Source of the DNA: Guillardia theta CCMP2712
Lineage: Eukaryota; Protista; Cryptophyta
Assembly (NCBI RefSeq): GCF_000315625.1
Contig: NW_005434621.1
Span: forward strand, 419,539 to 483,538
Length of the DNA stretch: 64,000 bases
Direction of reading: 5' to 3'
Part shown: piece by piece, positions 50,748-62,400 of the stretch
Layout of the letters: each line of letters starts with the position of its first letter
How positions within the stretch are numbered: the stretch's first letter is position 1
The notes under the pieces: model-generated
Database searches by the model: none
The model's input: only the letters and a program-made list of their open reading frames with translations
Told to the model about the DNA's origin: nothing
Translations under genes and position numbers: made by a program

Positions 50748-51476
50748 CTAAAACGGGGAGACAGGTATCTGAGTCTGATGAAGGACGGGAGGCTGCAAAG
50801 CGACCACTCCTGGGGAGGATACCACTGGCGTGAGCACGGGATAGGAGTTAACAGCAACAAGCGGTGGCACTATGGGCCCAAGGGTGTATGGCTTCAATAC
50901 GATCTTTTCACAGCAACCCAACATGCTGTGAATCCAGTCAATGATTGAATCAGGACAAATCGATCTTGTTCCAGCTGTGTTCAGAATGTCGTGGATTGGT
51001 CTCTTAAGAGACTCGATGAGACATGGGAGGAGGATCAGGAAAAGAGCGAGCAAGCAGAAGATGATGAAATGCATCCAGCTGATGATGTGGTATGCAGAGC
51101 ACGCCCAGTGACTGGAGGCAGCCATCAAACCAAGTTTGACACAAGCAGTTGTTGGGAAGACAGCAGCAATGATCCAAATGCCCAAGACTGTCACAGCAAG
51201 ACCTCCCAACAAGTTGAGAAGAAAGGCGATTGTCCTGATGAAATTTCTTTGCCCTCTGTCATCGCCGATCCCGATCAGTGGAGCCAAGATGTTGACAATG
51301 GTGAGCAACCACAGCACACCGACGTAGGTACCGAACACTTTGTACAGTGAGGTGTTGTGTGTGTTCTCGTTGGTGTCCGTAGAATCGATGTTTGCCCAGG
51401 AATAAGCGTAGTAGATTGGGAATGCAGACTGGACGAGCGAGAAGCCAGCCAGCAAGAAGCAGGAGGAGTCCGGCAT
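50748..51476 (-). CDS. Intronless multi-pass (about 4 TM) membrane protein of unknown function
   Basis: 242-aa ATG-initiated ORF with four hydrophobic segments and a Pro/Val-rich tail. Confidence 0.7.
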   Translation of the reverse strand: MPDSSCFLLAGFSLVQSAFPIYYAYSWANIDSTDTNENTHNTSLYKVFGTYVGVLWLLTIVNILAPLIGIGDDRGQRNFIRTIAFLLNLLGGLAVTVLGIWIIAAVFPTTACVKLGLMAASSHWACSAYHIISWMHFIIFCLLALFLILLPCLIESLKRPIHDILNTAGTRSICPDSIIDWIHSMLGCCEKIVLKPYTLGPIVPPLVAVNSYPVLTPVVSSPGVVALQPPVLHQTQIPVSPF

Positions 51477-51635
51477 GGTACAAGTAGAGCCGGTGGGTGG
51501 CGGGCGAAGGAGCCTGACTTATCTTCTCTCCTTGTAGAGTCCCTGTGTGGGGAGCAGGGGTGTCAGGAGCCCGGAAGTAAACAGGAAAGGAGAGGTGGGT
51601 GGTAGACTTGGGGATGCAATTCGACAAAAAAAACA

Positions 51636-51916
51636 ACCAGGGGGAGTAGCGGTAGTAGCGGTTTCTAGGGAACTACCAGGGGTAGTAGTAGGGATGCTTC
51701 TAGGGAACTACCAGGGGTAGTGGTAGCGGTGCTTTCTAGGGAACTACCAGGGGTAGTAGTAGGGATGCTTCTAGGGAACTACCAGGGGTAGTAGTAGCGG
51801 TGCTTTCTAGGGAACTACCAGGTGATGCCAGTAAATCCGTATCTATACCGTAGGGGTAGTAGTACGGATGCTTCTAGGGAACTACCAGGGGTGGTAGTAG
51901 CGGTGCTTCTAGGGTT
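51636..51916. repeat. About 37-bp satellite (ttctagggaactaccaggggtagtagtagcggtgc-like) with alternating variants
   Basis: Around seven units, interrupted near 51825 by a retroelement-derived CCAGTAAATCC. Confidence 0.9.
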
Positions 51917-52862
51917 ACCGTTGACTCGCGGGCCGTCTGGCGTACCGTTGAACAGTCAGCCCAGAGTAACGGCAAACTGAAGAAGAGGAAGAGTTTTACT
52001 CAAATGATGGTGTCAGTTAAGTTTGGGGGCCAGGTTAAGGCCCGGTTGGTTGGTGCCAGGGCCCCCGGCCCGTGCCCGGGGGCCGGCTGTAACAAGACAG
52101 TTTTTGCTCAAGACCAAGTTTAATGCACACAAAAACCAGTATTGAGGAGCACATGAGAGATAGACTGTATGCTAGGATGTGAAACCCAAGCATCCAGACA
52201 TGAGAGGACCTTGGCAAGACGGCTAGGAAAAGCCCCCTCTTCGTCCCACACGCTACATGCCGCCTCGCAAAACACGTAAGTCGTCTTGGTTTACAGGAGA
52301 GTTTTTGTTAACTCGGCGCTATCTGACTGGCACGGCTGGCATACGTTCCATCAGCCTCCGGAGAGCTCGACGCCACTTGGGTGCTCGCTGCTGGTCCGCG
52401 CTCGCCTGCCTGCTTCCCCCCGTCGGGGTCCTTGGGCAAGGGACAGGATTTACTGGCAGCCTCGGAAGGTAAAAAGTGCCTCAAGCAGGGGGGGTTGGAC
52501 TTTTTGGCACTTTTGCACAGTGAGGGACGGAGACGCAAGCCCGAAAAGAACCAGCACTGCTGGCAACTGTCAGCAGACCCGGCATCGCCAGCCCAAGCGC
52601 GAAGCCGCGCAGTTCGCGCTTGGGCTGGCGATACCGCCAGGGCCGTCATCAGGCACGAAGTGCCGACCAAACGCCGCATCCTCAAGAGGCATCGAGCGCT
52701 GAGCATGATGTCCGCCAGATACCAGATGAAGCGGAGGGTGTCAGGATGCAGCCAAGTACGGATTTACTGGCAGAAGGTAAAAAGGGTACCGTCCGTCGAG
52801 ATGGCATGGAGGCATAGGATTTACTGGCAGAAGGTAAAAAGTGCCTCAAGCAAAAGTCACAT

Positions 52863-55800
52863 GGATTTACTGGCAGAAGGTAAAAAGTGCCTCAAGCAAA
52901 ACAAAGCAGGAACAAGCTAAACCTCCTGGCACACAGCGCACAGCGAGAAGCTGCACAATCACACACAAAACACAAGCCCGAAAAGAACCAGCACTGCTGG
53001 CACCAGACGCGGCACCGCCAGCCCAAGCGCGAAGCCGCGCAGACAAGCAGCCTAAGGGTCAGGCAATCAAGCAACAAGCAGCAGGAGCATGCAGGAGGAA
53101 TAAAATCCCTTAGACGCGATACCCGGAGGCAGCCGACTGACCACTGTCAGTCGAGACGTCCGCTGCCGCCACAAAGCTGGCGGCCGCGGACGGAGAAAGG
53201 GCAGCCGCCGACAAGGAGCCGGCGTTGCCCGGGGGTCCGCCTGGGGCAGCGGACGGAGGGAGGCTGGACACAGGAACACGGTACCGCTCGAGGTAGTCCT
53301 CCTCGCTAGCCTCCGAGTCAGCGGTAGCCGAGTCAGCGGTAGCCGCCCGTGACGGCGGCGACGCCGCAGCAATGCCCAAGGACCGGCGTGACCCGACCGA
53401 TGCCGGGGAGGAAGCAGGCGAGCTCGGACCAGCAGCAAGCACCCCAGTGGTGTCGAGCTCTCCGGAGGCACCCGACGTCACAGTGAGGGACGGAGACGCC
53501 TCGCCAGCTCCGCGCCGATCGTCGGGGCCACTCGAAGGGTGTCCCCCATCGGAGTCGGAGACCTCCGGCGAAGACTCCTCGGGCGACTCGACAAAGTCCG
53601 AGGAGGAGCTGTCCTCTGGCTCGAGAAGTGCTTGCGCCCGCAAGGGCGTCATGCGCCTCGCACCAGACAAGAGCGCTTCCAGCGTCAGCGGCATGGTGAG
53701 GCGCTGATAGGTGGCGGCGCGTTTGCGAGCCAAGACCTCAGCAGCAGGGCCGTCATCAGGCACAAAGTGCCGACCAAACGCCGCATCCTCAAGAGGCATT
53801 GAGCGCTGAGCAATGATGTCCGCGAGATACCAGATGAAGCGGAGGGTGTCAGGATGCAGGGTACCGTCCGTCGAGATGGCAAGAGGGATGAACGCTCGAG
53901 GAGGAGTAGTCATGGCATATGCAGCGCGATGTTTGCGAATCTTCTCAGACGCTGCAACATGGAGGGCGTCGAGGTTGACCTCCCCCCACTTGGTCAGGTC
54001 GGCAGAGCTACCAATGTAAGGGTGGACCAACGTCACGTCCGCCATCAAGCCCTCGTACTGCTCGGACCCTCGATCGCGGATTCCAGGAATGTGGATATCG
54101 CCCTTCATCTTGCGGCCATGAGGATGGGAGGGTACCTGCCGTCGAGAACGAGGATCCCCCACTGTATCGATGACGCTCTGAAGACCAGCTTCGTTCAGCA
54201 TCGACCGAATCGTACGAGTAAGGTTGTCATGCGCCGTGGGAAGCTTGGAGGATCGGCGTTTGCAGGTCTGGAGATGATGTGCAGCAACGGAGGGATCGAG
54301 CTCGCGCTGACATCCATCACATTCCGTCGGACACTGGCAGATCGGCATGCCATGGAGATAGCAGTCGAGCATCTGAGCATAGCGGTGCGGGAAGGCCTTG
54401 AGGGGGTAGTAGCTCGAGACTCGCATCGGAGAGTGGCTCAGGTCACGCTCAGGAAAATGAGCGAAGATGGTAGACTGCAAGACCCTATCCTGCGACTTGA
54501 GCGAGTGTGTCCTGCGGCTGTGCAAGGTGAGGATATCACGCTGCTGATCGGTCAGCGCAGCGCGAGCATGCACATGGCGAGGGAAGACGCGCATGACAAG
54601 AGGGGTCACATTTCGCTGCGCAGGGGGAGGAATGAAGTGCTGGTGGTAATGGAGCTCATGAGACGAGTCGACGAGAGCGCGCAAACCAGGGATGTGTACC
54701 ACAGATGCCGGGGGGCGTCCTGCGTCATCAGGCACAGCAGCCGGGGCAGGTGGGATCGCCGCGCCATCTGCAGCCGGTGCAGGAGCCTTGACACGACGGT
54801 AGAGGATCGCTCCAGCATTATGAACGAAGTCGTGCGCCTCAACGAAGAAGGTCGCCAGAGGATGCTTCTGGGCAGAGGGCAACATCCGGGACATCGGCTG
54901 GTCAGAGTACCAAGCGAGGAAGCGAGCGATAGCCGTATAGTAAACAGCGGGGTGTAGACCCTCAGAGGGCGTGAACTCGTCCCCTCCCCGACTATGCGGA
55001 AGCTCCCGCTTGAACCTCGCAAACTCTAGCAGGTCGGGATGCGCGGCGAGGTACTGCGAGGAAGGCCAGCGGTGGTATTTCTCAAGCGCCAGGTGGACAG
55101 AGAGGTCAAAGCGACGAATCTGTGATTGGACCCGCGGGAGAAACGGAGAAGACCCCTGGAGGAAGAAGCGCAGCTTCTGGAGATGGCTCGCCCTCACCAG
55201 CGTCTTGAACATGTCGGAAGCCATGCTGGACGAGCCCGAGCTTCGAGAGCTCTTCGTTGAGGGTGGAGACCTTCGCTCGGAGCTGACTAGCATGAAATCC
55301 ATCCGTGCCGATAGGCAGGCCGCCAAGTGTAATCCCGCCAGTGACGACCTCGAAGTGAAGAAGTTGAGTCTTGAGACGGCGCTTAAGGCTCTTCTTCAGC
55401 TGCGAGAGATCAGGGTGTTGATGCCAGGAGGGGATGTAAACTTTCGACTCGCGAGGTTGAATCTCTAGCTTCAGATCAGCCACCATGTACTTCTTCATAG
55501 CGGACGTAGCTGCAACGGCATCCTCGAGTGGACCGACAAGTACGACGTTGTCAGCATAGGCCAAGACTCGAACAGAGGGAAAAAGCTCTGCGATATGGAG
55601 GAGCAGGGGGTGGATACTGTGGCAGAAAAACACGCTGGAGGGGACATCGCCCTGACAGACGCCCGAGGTACACTGAACGGAGGCTGACTCGGACTTTTGT
55701 GAAAGAGTCGAAGGTCAGCAGAGTCTCCATAGTAGCTGGAGAGGTAGGAGGCGAACAAACGGAGATGCTCGCAAGAGGGCAAGCTTGCGCCTTCAGTGAG

Positions 55801-56330
55801 TAGTCGCGACTCGCACGTCCCTCGATTGCATCGAAGAGAGCCTGGCGGTCGAGGGAGTTGAAGGCGTTCTTTGCATCCAAGCATCCAAGCTCACCAGCAC
55901 TGTGGGGTTGGCAACATCCTCATCATCACCGCGAGCGTGAAGGGGCAGGAGCGCTGACGCGGTTTGCGAGAACTTCAGACAGCCGTCTCGATCGAGTCCG
56001 AACTGAATCGCTCGAGGGTGAGACGAGAGGAAGTGCTGGTCAAGAAATGAGCGAATCGCTGCCAAAGCAAGCTTCGTCGCGAGTCGACGGTGTGCAGAAC
56101 CGATGACAATTGGCCGGAGACCAGGTTTATCAGCTCCCTTGGAGAGGGGAATAAATCTGCCTCCTCGACGAATGGCTGACAGGGCAGGAATAAGAAGATC
56201 CGGCATCCGGCCAAGAAGGACCCCTTGGAGGATATGTTGGCAGTAGAGCTTCAAAGCTGCAGGATGACTAGAAAGGGGTGACAGGTGTTGCCGAATCCTC
56301 CACCAATCATCCACCCTTGGTCATCGGTCC
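52863..56330 (-). mobile_element. CRE-like non-LTR retrotransposon (RT plus restriction-like endonuclease), frameshifted and 5'-truncated
   Basis: RT: FIPLSKGADKPGLRPIVIGSAHRRL, LDAKNAFNSLDR, GVRQGD, AYADN. C-terminal CxxC..H..C knuckle and HDNL, GDIHI, ADVTLVHP, SEKIRKH, FIPLAISTDG (RLE). An 8-bp duplication GCATCCAA near 55873 shifts the frame. Confidence 0.87.
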
Positions 56331-56338
56331 CCGCAAAC

Positions 56339-57144
56339 CTGCGCAGCGAAATGTGACCCCTCTTGTCATGCGCGTCTTCCCTCGCCATGTGCATGCTCGC
56401 GCTGCGCTGACCGATCAGCAGCGTGATATCCTCACCTTGCACAGCCGCAGGACACACTCGCTCAAGTCGCAGGATAGGGTCTTGCAGTCTACCATCTTCG
56501 CTCATTTTCCTGAGCGTGACCTGAGCCACTCTCCGATGCGAGTCTCGAGCTACTACCCCCTCAAGGCCTTCCCGCACCGCTACACACACAAAACACAAGC
56601 CCGAAAAGAACCAGCACTGCTGGCACCCAGACGCGGCAGCGCCAGCCCAAGCGCGAAGCCGCGCAGACAAGCAGCCTAAGGGTCAAGCAATCAAGCAACA
56701 AGCAGCAGGAGCATGCAGGAGGAATAAAATCCCTTAGACGCGATACCCGGAGGCAGCCGACTGACCACTGTCAGTCGAGGATCCTCGTTCTCGACGGCAG
56801 GCGGGCGGCCGCGGACGGAGAAAGGGCAGCCGCCGACAAGGAGCCGGCGCTGCCCGGGTGTCCGCCTGGGGCAGCGGACGGAGGGAGGCTGGACACATGA
56901 ACACGGTACCGCTCGAGGTAGTCCTCCTCTTTGTGCAGCTTCTCGCTGTGGACTGTGTGCCTGCCGGTTCAGCTTGTTCCTGCTTTATTTTGCTTGAGGC
57001 ACTTTTTACCTTCTGCCAGTAAATCCATTACCCCACTGTATCGATGACGCTCTGAAGACCAGCTTCGTTCAGCATCGACCGAATCGTACGAGTAAGGTTG
57101 TCATGCGCCGTGGGAAGCTTGGAGGATCGGCGTTTGCAGGTCTG
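56339..57144. mobile_element. Rearranged fragments of the same CRE-like element in both orientations
   Basis: 56339-56582 is the reverse complement of about 54380-54622. About 56583-56928 copies about 52961-53304. About 56930-57026 is an inverted 3' end. About 57032-57144 copies about 54157-54269. Confidence 0.88.
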
Positions 57145-59420
57145 TCGGCAGGTTCGACCCGGCTGAGGTTCGAATCACAGCAGTTTGAAGAATTGATCAC
57201 TGCAAACAAGAAATTGCGAGAAGAACTGCAACTCGCAATGGACATGAAAGGAAAGTATGAAGCTTCCGTTAAGGAAGAGAGGTCTCGTGAAGCAAGGGAG
57301 CTCTCAGAGACAAAGGAAGCATTTTCCGCCTTCAAGGAAGAAAGTAGAAAAATGTTCGAGGAAATGAGGCAAATGTTCAGATCAAGTGAACCAGATGCAA
57401 TTCAACGCCTTCCGGTCAAGGCAGCGGCAGGAGGGGCCGATGCAGCATGCATGCAAAACGATGATTCGAACATGTCGACGACGTTACATGTTGATGCGTC
57501 AAATCGTTTTGTCAAGCCAACTCCCTTAGTGAAGTTTCATTCCACGGATATTTCCCGATTTAATGGAGAAATGACTCTAGAGTATTCCGTTGCCAGTTGG
57601 TTTGGAGAACTTGAGTTTCAATTTCAACGACAAAGGGTTCCTAGTGACCAACAGGTAGACGCAGTGTTGCCACCACATTGGTAGGAAACAGAGTGCGGAA
57701 TTGGATGTTGACCTTAAGAGGGGACGACAAAGAAGCGGTTGAGCATGGTCCATGGAAGGAATTTAAGAAAATCATGGTCGCAGAATATCTTCCGTACTCC
57801 CAGGTTCAGAGTATCTTGAATCAGATTTCGTACACGAGGCAAGGAAGCAAAGAGAAGATCAACAACTTCGTGGACCGATTCTCTTCGTTGGCAAATCATT
57901 ACATTGCCTGTTGCATGACGGCGGAGAACGAGGCGGAATATGTAAGCACCGCGTGTACCAAATTTGGGTTAGAACGACACTTCGTGCAGAACTTATCGAA
58001 TGAGGTAACCGCGAGTTTTGCGAGGAAGTTGTTACTCTCGCTTGAAAAAGAAAATGCTGGATCGTCGATCAACGTCGGTAGTTTTCTGCCTGAGCTTTAT
58101 CGCGAAGCGAAAGCTTTGAGCGTGGTACGATCATTCACCTCGTCTTCACAACAACGAAGCCATGTCGGATCTAAGACAGTGAATGCGATTAATGGTAAAG
58201 ACACAAAACCGGGACAAAGAGGTCCTGAGGAGAAGAAATCTGATAGGGGACCGAAGTGTTTTCTTTGTGGTCTTCAAAAAAGGTTTGTCCGTTGGCTACC
58301 GTCGAAAGCAAGAAGTCAAACCCCTGAGGTCGTCTCTCGCGGAGGGGACGGGCGACCGAGATTCTTCAGGATCAACTATATTTGATTCAGAAGTACCTCC
58401 AGAAATAGAAAAAAGAGAAGTGGTGGTGTGCAAGATGACAACTACAGTTCAAACGTACGAGTTGCCGTGCGTACCGATTGAGATTGATGTAATGGGGAAG
58501 ACGTTTACTTTAATTGCGCTGTTGGACAGTGGGGCAGAAGCGAATTTCATCTCAGCGGAATGTATGAGACGCGTTGGTTTGCAGAGCCAGCAGGCAAAGG
58601 ATCATGTTCTTTCCGTCAGCATGGCAGATGGGACCATCAAATATTCGACAGAGTGTGAGGTACTCGGCACAAAATTTCGGATTGGTAGTACATTATTTGT
58701 TGCAATATTTGTTGTCGCAGAAGAATTTGCAAGGTCGTCTCTTTCGATGGGTTCAAATCTTGGCAGATTTCCAGTTGGCGGAGGTGAAATACATACCAGG
58801 CGAAGACAACAAAATTGCTGATTCATGTCTCGGCCTAACGAGAACAGTGAAGTTCAGAATCATGAGGAGCTCGAGAAAGAATTTGAAGAGCGTGCGGACC
58901 TTCTCAATCTAGATCCATCAGTGTTGTGTGTTTGTACAACAAGCACAGAGATGGTCAGGAATGAAGCAACAATGGACATTGGTTTCAACAAGAACGCAAT
59001 GTTGGACCTTGTTCGTGAAGGATACGAGAAGTCAACGTACTTCAAGTCAATTCTCGAAGGGATACGACAGAATCGTCGAACTCACATGGAGAGCAAATCG
59101 TTCTATCTGAAAGATGGCGTGTTGATTTTTCATGATTCTTTGGGAAGAGAACGAGTTTGCATACCAGAAGATGCTAGAGGAAAATTCCTCGAACCGTGGT
59201 ACATGATCACTCATGTCATGGGGGCAAATCAAAGACTATCTTGAGAGCAACAAGACTCGCATTTTGGCCAAGGATGAACGCAGACATTCTCGCATACGTC
59301 AATTCTTGTGAGCCTCGGAATGCTTGCAAGCCAAGAGTTTCAAACAACGTTCTGTTGCAGTTCCCCATAGTCATGCGATTCCAAAGTGATAGGATATGTT
59401 TACTGACTTCCTGTCTTTCT
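57145..59420 (+). mobile_element. Degenerate Ty3/Gypsy element: gag, protease, RT and most of RNase H deleted, integrase zinc-finger remnant
   Basis: Gag RQGSKEKINNFVDRF. Protease ALLDSGAEANFIS joins directly to LQYLLSQKNLQGRLFRWVQILADF. Integrase remnant HDHSCHGG..FWPRM..YVNSC. Multiple frameshifts. Confidence 0.88.
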
Positions 59421-59459
59421 TAAGTAGGTGTCCTAGGCAGTCTCGTTTCTTAGGAAATT

Positions 59460-62400
59460 AGATTACTTACTTTTCTTTATCTCTAACGTTGATTTGGAGT
59501 AAATTGCCGTTGAATTGTGCATTGCTGTCGCGCGCTTGTTCTTTGGTTTCTTGACGGGATCACTTCGTGTGTCAACACTGGATCGAGAGATACTTGTAGG
59601 AAGTTTTTCTAACATTTTGGTACGCGAAGGCCTGGTTTTCCTCTCGGAGTTGTTGTGTTGAAAGAAGTTGTTCAAGAAAACATGGATAGGACGAGCATTC
59701 AGTCAGGTAGCGTCGTCTCGGACTTCATGAGTCGAAGCATGTCGCGGTTGGGCAGCTTTGTGAAGGAGACATTGAATGGGTTTAGGCGTTTTCCTACGGT
59801 GACAGGCATGTCGCCGCAGTCACATGCGTACGATCCGTCGGAAACTGTCATTCAGCAGGAGGCTGTCGTACGTGCCGACAGTGTTGACAGTGGTCGTACA
59901 GTGCCTTCATGGTTGGAGAGCAGGGATGAAAACGAAAGAGATGGTCCCGCCCTTCCCTTGAAAGCCAGTTTTCGTGACATCGTGGAGGAAAACGAGCACC
60001 TACGCCGGACATGTAGAGAGCTCAGGTCGGTGGAACAGAACAACATGGATAAGATGCACAATCTCGTAAATGCACTCGCAGAATCCCAGAGAGAAGCTGA
60101 TCGCAAACTCCAGGATCTTGTGAGGGCACTTGAGGAATCCCAGCGAGAGAACCGTAGGCTTGCCAAGGAGGCAGCGGAGATGCGTGTACTGCTTTGTGAG
60201 CGGGTTCGGGAACCCGAGGACAAGCCTCACAAGCTTAAGCATGCGGAGAATGACGGTGGTCAGATTTGCAAGCTGGATCCGAAGTCATTGTTGCAGTACA
60301 ATGGTGAGCAGACCATGGAGAGGTCGGTGGTCTCATGGCTCGGATATATCGAAGGCAGGTGTAAATTTCACCGTATAGCACGCCATCGATGGGTAGGAGC
60401 GGCCATCTCCGCGTTCGGGCCGGAGGTGCAGCTATGGTGGGCCACACTCCCGATGACTGAGCAAGATCAGTTCTCTGCTGAGCATGGTGATTGGGAACAG
60501 TTTGTGGAGAAACTGTTGTTGAAATGGTTACCATTCGAGTTTATTGAGAAACTTGAGCGTCATGTGCAGAAGCAGGCTAGGCAAGGGCCCAAGGAGTCCG
60601 TTGAGGCGTACACCGCAAGATTCCAGGCGATGGTTACACACCTGCAGGCGTGCTACCTTGTGTCCAAGAGACCTAGTGTTGCGCTAGGTAGCTGAGAACG
60701 CGTCTTTGTCGATGGAATACAAATGGACTATGCACGTGCTATGCTACGGAAGGAATTGAGCATGCTGATGGAACGCGATGGTAAGACGTTTGGGATTACT
60801 TATCATGCGGAGCCGTCGGAGATGGGCAAGTATTTGCCGCAGTTGTATCGCGAAGCTCTTAATCTGCGTCAGAGACACCCACAAGACGGTCAGACGAGTC
60901 TTCATTTCACCCAAGCACAACCTCGTCATGAGGGCAAGCGGTCGGCTCCTACTCAGAGCGAGGACATGCAGGGCAAGGAGAAGAAGTTCGACAAGAAGAA
61001 GGTGAAGTGCTACAACTGTCAGAAGTTCGGTCACTTCAGAGACAAGTGCCCTCTCTTGTCGAGGTCTGAACAACCGTCAGCTTTAAACCAGTGACGTCGG
61101 TTGCCGCGGAGGGCGCAATCGACGGGGGCACGGGTTTGCAGACTTCGAATGTTGTCTTCGACCCGGGCACACCTCCGACAGAAGATCCTAGGGATGTTCG
61201 TCAATGTCGTATCACCGTTGACTCTCACAGGATCAAAGCTCTACCTATGGTACCTGTGACCTTTCGGTTCGGGAACCAATCCATAGTTCTCAATGCATTG
61301 CTCGATACAGCTGCTGAAGAGTCGTTTATCAGCACGAAGGCAGTGCGCAAATTTGGTCTGTCGGTCACGGATGCAGAAGTTCGCAAACGAGTTATCATGG
61401 CCGATGGGACGTGTAGGTTGTCTGATATGGTTTTCCAGACAAAATTGGGCGTAGGCTCCAGTTTCAAGAGTAGTGGGTCGTTCTACATGCTTGACTTGCC
61501 GCATGCGGACATGATCCTCTCATGGGAATGGATGCGTGCGAACAAGATCGTGATTGATGCGGGTCACCCCAGAGTCTTTGCCAAGTGGCGCAAGAAGATG
61601 GTCGAGCTTCCGTTACTTGTTTGCCCGACAAACAAGCAATTTGGGGCTGCGGACGCCTCGCTGTGTCAGGTACTTTCTTACATTTGTGCAACCTGTTGGA
61701 GATGGCTCAGCCGACAGATGGTGCCACGAGTCTCGAGCAGAAGGCTGCCGAGACGATCATGGAAGATTATTCGGATGTCATTCGTGATGACATTCCNNNN
61801 NNNNNNNNNNNNNNNNNNNNNNNNNNNNNNNNNNNNNNNNNNNNNNNNNNNNNNNNNNNNNNNNNNNNNNNNNNNNNNNNNNNNNNNNNNNNNNNNNNNN
61901 NNNNNNNNNNNNNNNNNNNNNNNNNNNNNNNNNNNNNNNNNNNNNNNNNNNNNNNNNNNNNNNNNNNNNNNNNNNNNNNNNNNNNNNNNNNNNNNNNNNN
62001 NNNNCATTGCGTTTTTGCACTGATATGAGGTTCGTTAACAGCTTGATCCGGAATGATAACTTTCCATTGCCGTTGGTGATGGAGCTGATAGAACGAGTGG
62101 GTCGAAAGATCATGGAAGAGAGAGCGCGTTATGCTTCAGAACCTGGGGCACGGTTGTGGATCAGCTCACTCGACCTGGCGAAAAGTTTTTGGCAACTTGA
62201 GTTGGACGCCGCGTCGAGGAAGTACACCTGTTTCATCACGAAGTTTGGGAAATATCAGTATCGGAGGATTCCTTTCGGCTTGGTAGATTCGGCAAATCAA
62301 TTTCAGAAATTTCTCGAGAGTGTTCTTCAAGGTCTCGAGAATTGCCTGAGCTATATCGACGATGTTTGCTTGATCAGTTATGGGAGCTTGGAGAGACATG

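Noticed and set aside
51636-52900. A CRISPR-like array (repeated GGATTTACTGGCAGAAGG with variable spacers, and the 37-bp units)
   Set aside because: The context is eukaryotic with no cas genes, spacing is irregular, and the spacers are fragments of the adjacent retroelement.
52863-52900. An snRNA or SL-RNA identity for the repeated 3'-end motif
   Set aside because: No convincing match to the U1, U2, U4, U5 or U6 conserved motifs I can recall. An Rfam search would be needed.
60693-60695. Programmed readthrough of the TGA inside gag
   Set aside because: It falls mid-capsid, where the other copy has a sense codon (GLERHFV versus GS*ERVFV), and lacks a readthrough context. It is most likely a nonsense mutation.
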